Of a DNA stretch of 38,204 nt, positions 37,307 through 38,204 are shown piece after piece; the first letter of the stretch is position 1, and each line of letters starts with the position of its first letter. The position numbers and the translations under genes were made by a program. Location: NCBI GenBank assembly GCA_040143965.1, contig JASJQH010000049.1, forward strand, positions 1-38,204. The letters run 5' to 3'. The notes under the pieces were generated by a model. That model searched no databases, was not told where the DNA came from, and was given only the letters and a program-made list of their open reading frames with translations. This stretch comes from Basidiobolus ranarum (lineage: Eukaryota).

Positions 37307-37747
37307 TTTTGATACTAAGGGTTACCCTAAGCGATTCCACAGGAAAAGCCAAGGTCTAGATTTTAGATTAGTCCGATTCTAGACTGTAGTTCAGAGCACA
37401 ATATCCAATGATACATAAAAGTAGAGATTCTTTTCTATTGAGATACAAATGTTCACGGTATGGCTAGGGCCAGAATAAATGTTATGCCCAATGAATTAGG
37501 AAAAGCGGGATATACGACATGAAATTAGAATAGATACATGCTTGAATTGCGAACGCGTGATCTCTCAACTACTGCAAACCAGTAATACTTGAAACACTAC
37601 ACATCAAAGAAGGTATATGACGAATAGATATTGAATATTTATTTCTCAAATGAACTTGATGAAAATGATGCTAAACAGAAAGGAAAATAACAAAGTGAAC
37701 TATATATTCACATTTAGACATATAGAGAATGGCCATTCTAAGAACTT

Positions 37748-38204
37748 TTAAGCCCAGTCGCAAATGATAGAGTTGCCAGCGGTCTTACAGACGGTACCAG
37801 GGGCGCACATTTGTGATTCATATCTACCCCAGACACAAATTGTAAACTTGGCTGAAGTACCAGGTGCTTCACAGGCATATGATCCATGATTACATGTTGC
37901 TGGAGTAGCAGTAGGTAGTGGTGTGATTCCACCTGCAGTTACAGTGACTGTAGCGGTGCTGGTAACTGTGACGGTGCTAGCTTGACAAGTGGCAGTAGGG
38001 AAACCGGTTGGGACAGCAGTGCCGCTGGGAATGTTACCACCAGTACTAGTAGGAATGACGATACCACTAGAGGTACTTCCACCAGTACAAGTGCCAGGAG
38101 TGCTGTTCTTGTTCTGCTCATACCAGTTGCACATGGCCTTGTATCCGTTGGTATAACCATCTTGTTCAGCAGTGGTGCAGCCAACCATGCAGATACCAGC
38201 TTTA
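37748..38204 (-). CDS. 3' part of a probably secreted protein: Cys-containing domain, T/S/G linker, C-terminal CBM19-like chitin-binding module (5' end outside window)
   Basis: Frame is open to the window edge. Ends CNHGSYACEAPGTSAKFTICVWGRYESQMCAPGTVCKTAGNSIICDWA, matching the fungal CBM19 pattern C..G...C...F..C..G......CA.GT.C. Confidence 0.85.
   Translation of the reverse strand, partial: KAGICMVGCTTAEQDGYTNGYKAMCNWYEQNKNSTPGTCTGGSTSSGIVIPTSTGGNIPSGTAVPTGFPTATCQASTVTVTSTATVTVTAGGITPLPTATPATCNHGSYACEAPGTSAKFTICVWGRYESQMCAPGTVCKTAGNSIICDWA

Overview
Eukaryotic, intron-rich fungal DNA (short GT-AG introns, eEF3, a CBM19-like chitin-binding module). It is probably an early-diverging fungus, Basidiobolus-like, but that assignment is inference. 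The first 1.6 kb holds Ty1/Copia remnants: an RNase H end, PPT and LTR, a gag fragment and an inverted second LTR, with no CpG at all. Next comes an accessory block: an FR47-like GNAT acetyltransferase, a SAM-like/coiled-coil/tail-anchored protein, and two small convergent intronless genes sharing an unrecognised ~50-aa C-terminal domain, which is the most novel-looking signal here. The rest is a housekeeping block: YAK1-type DYRK kinase, VPS18, mitochondrial uL5m, an intron-containing uL13 pseudogene, SF3B6/p14, PDS5, a bHLH-Zip factor, SNIP1/Pml1, eEF3 with a His/Cys-rich N-terminal extension, and the 3' end of a probably secreted CBM19-like protein. Gene models were spliced by hand and no database searches were run.
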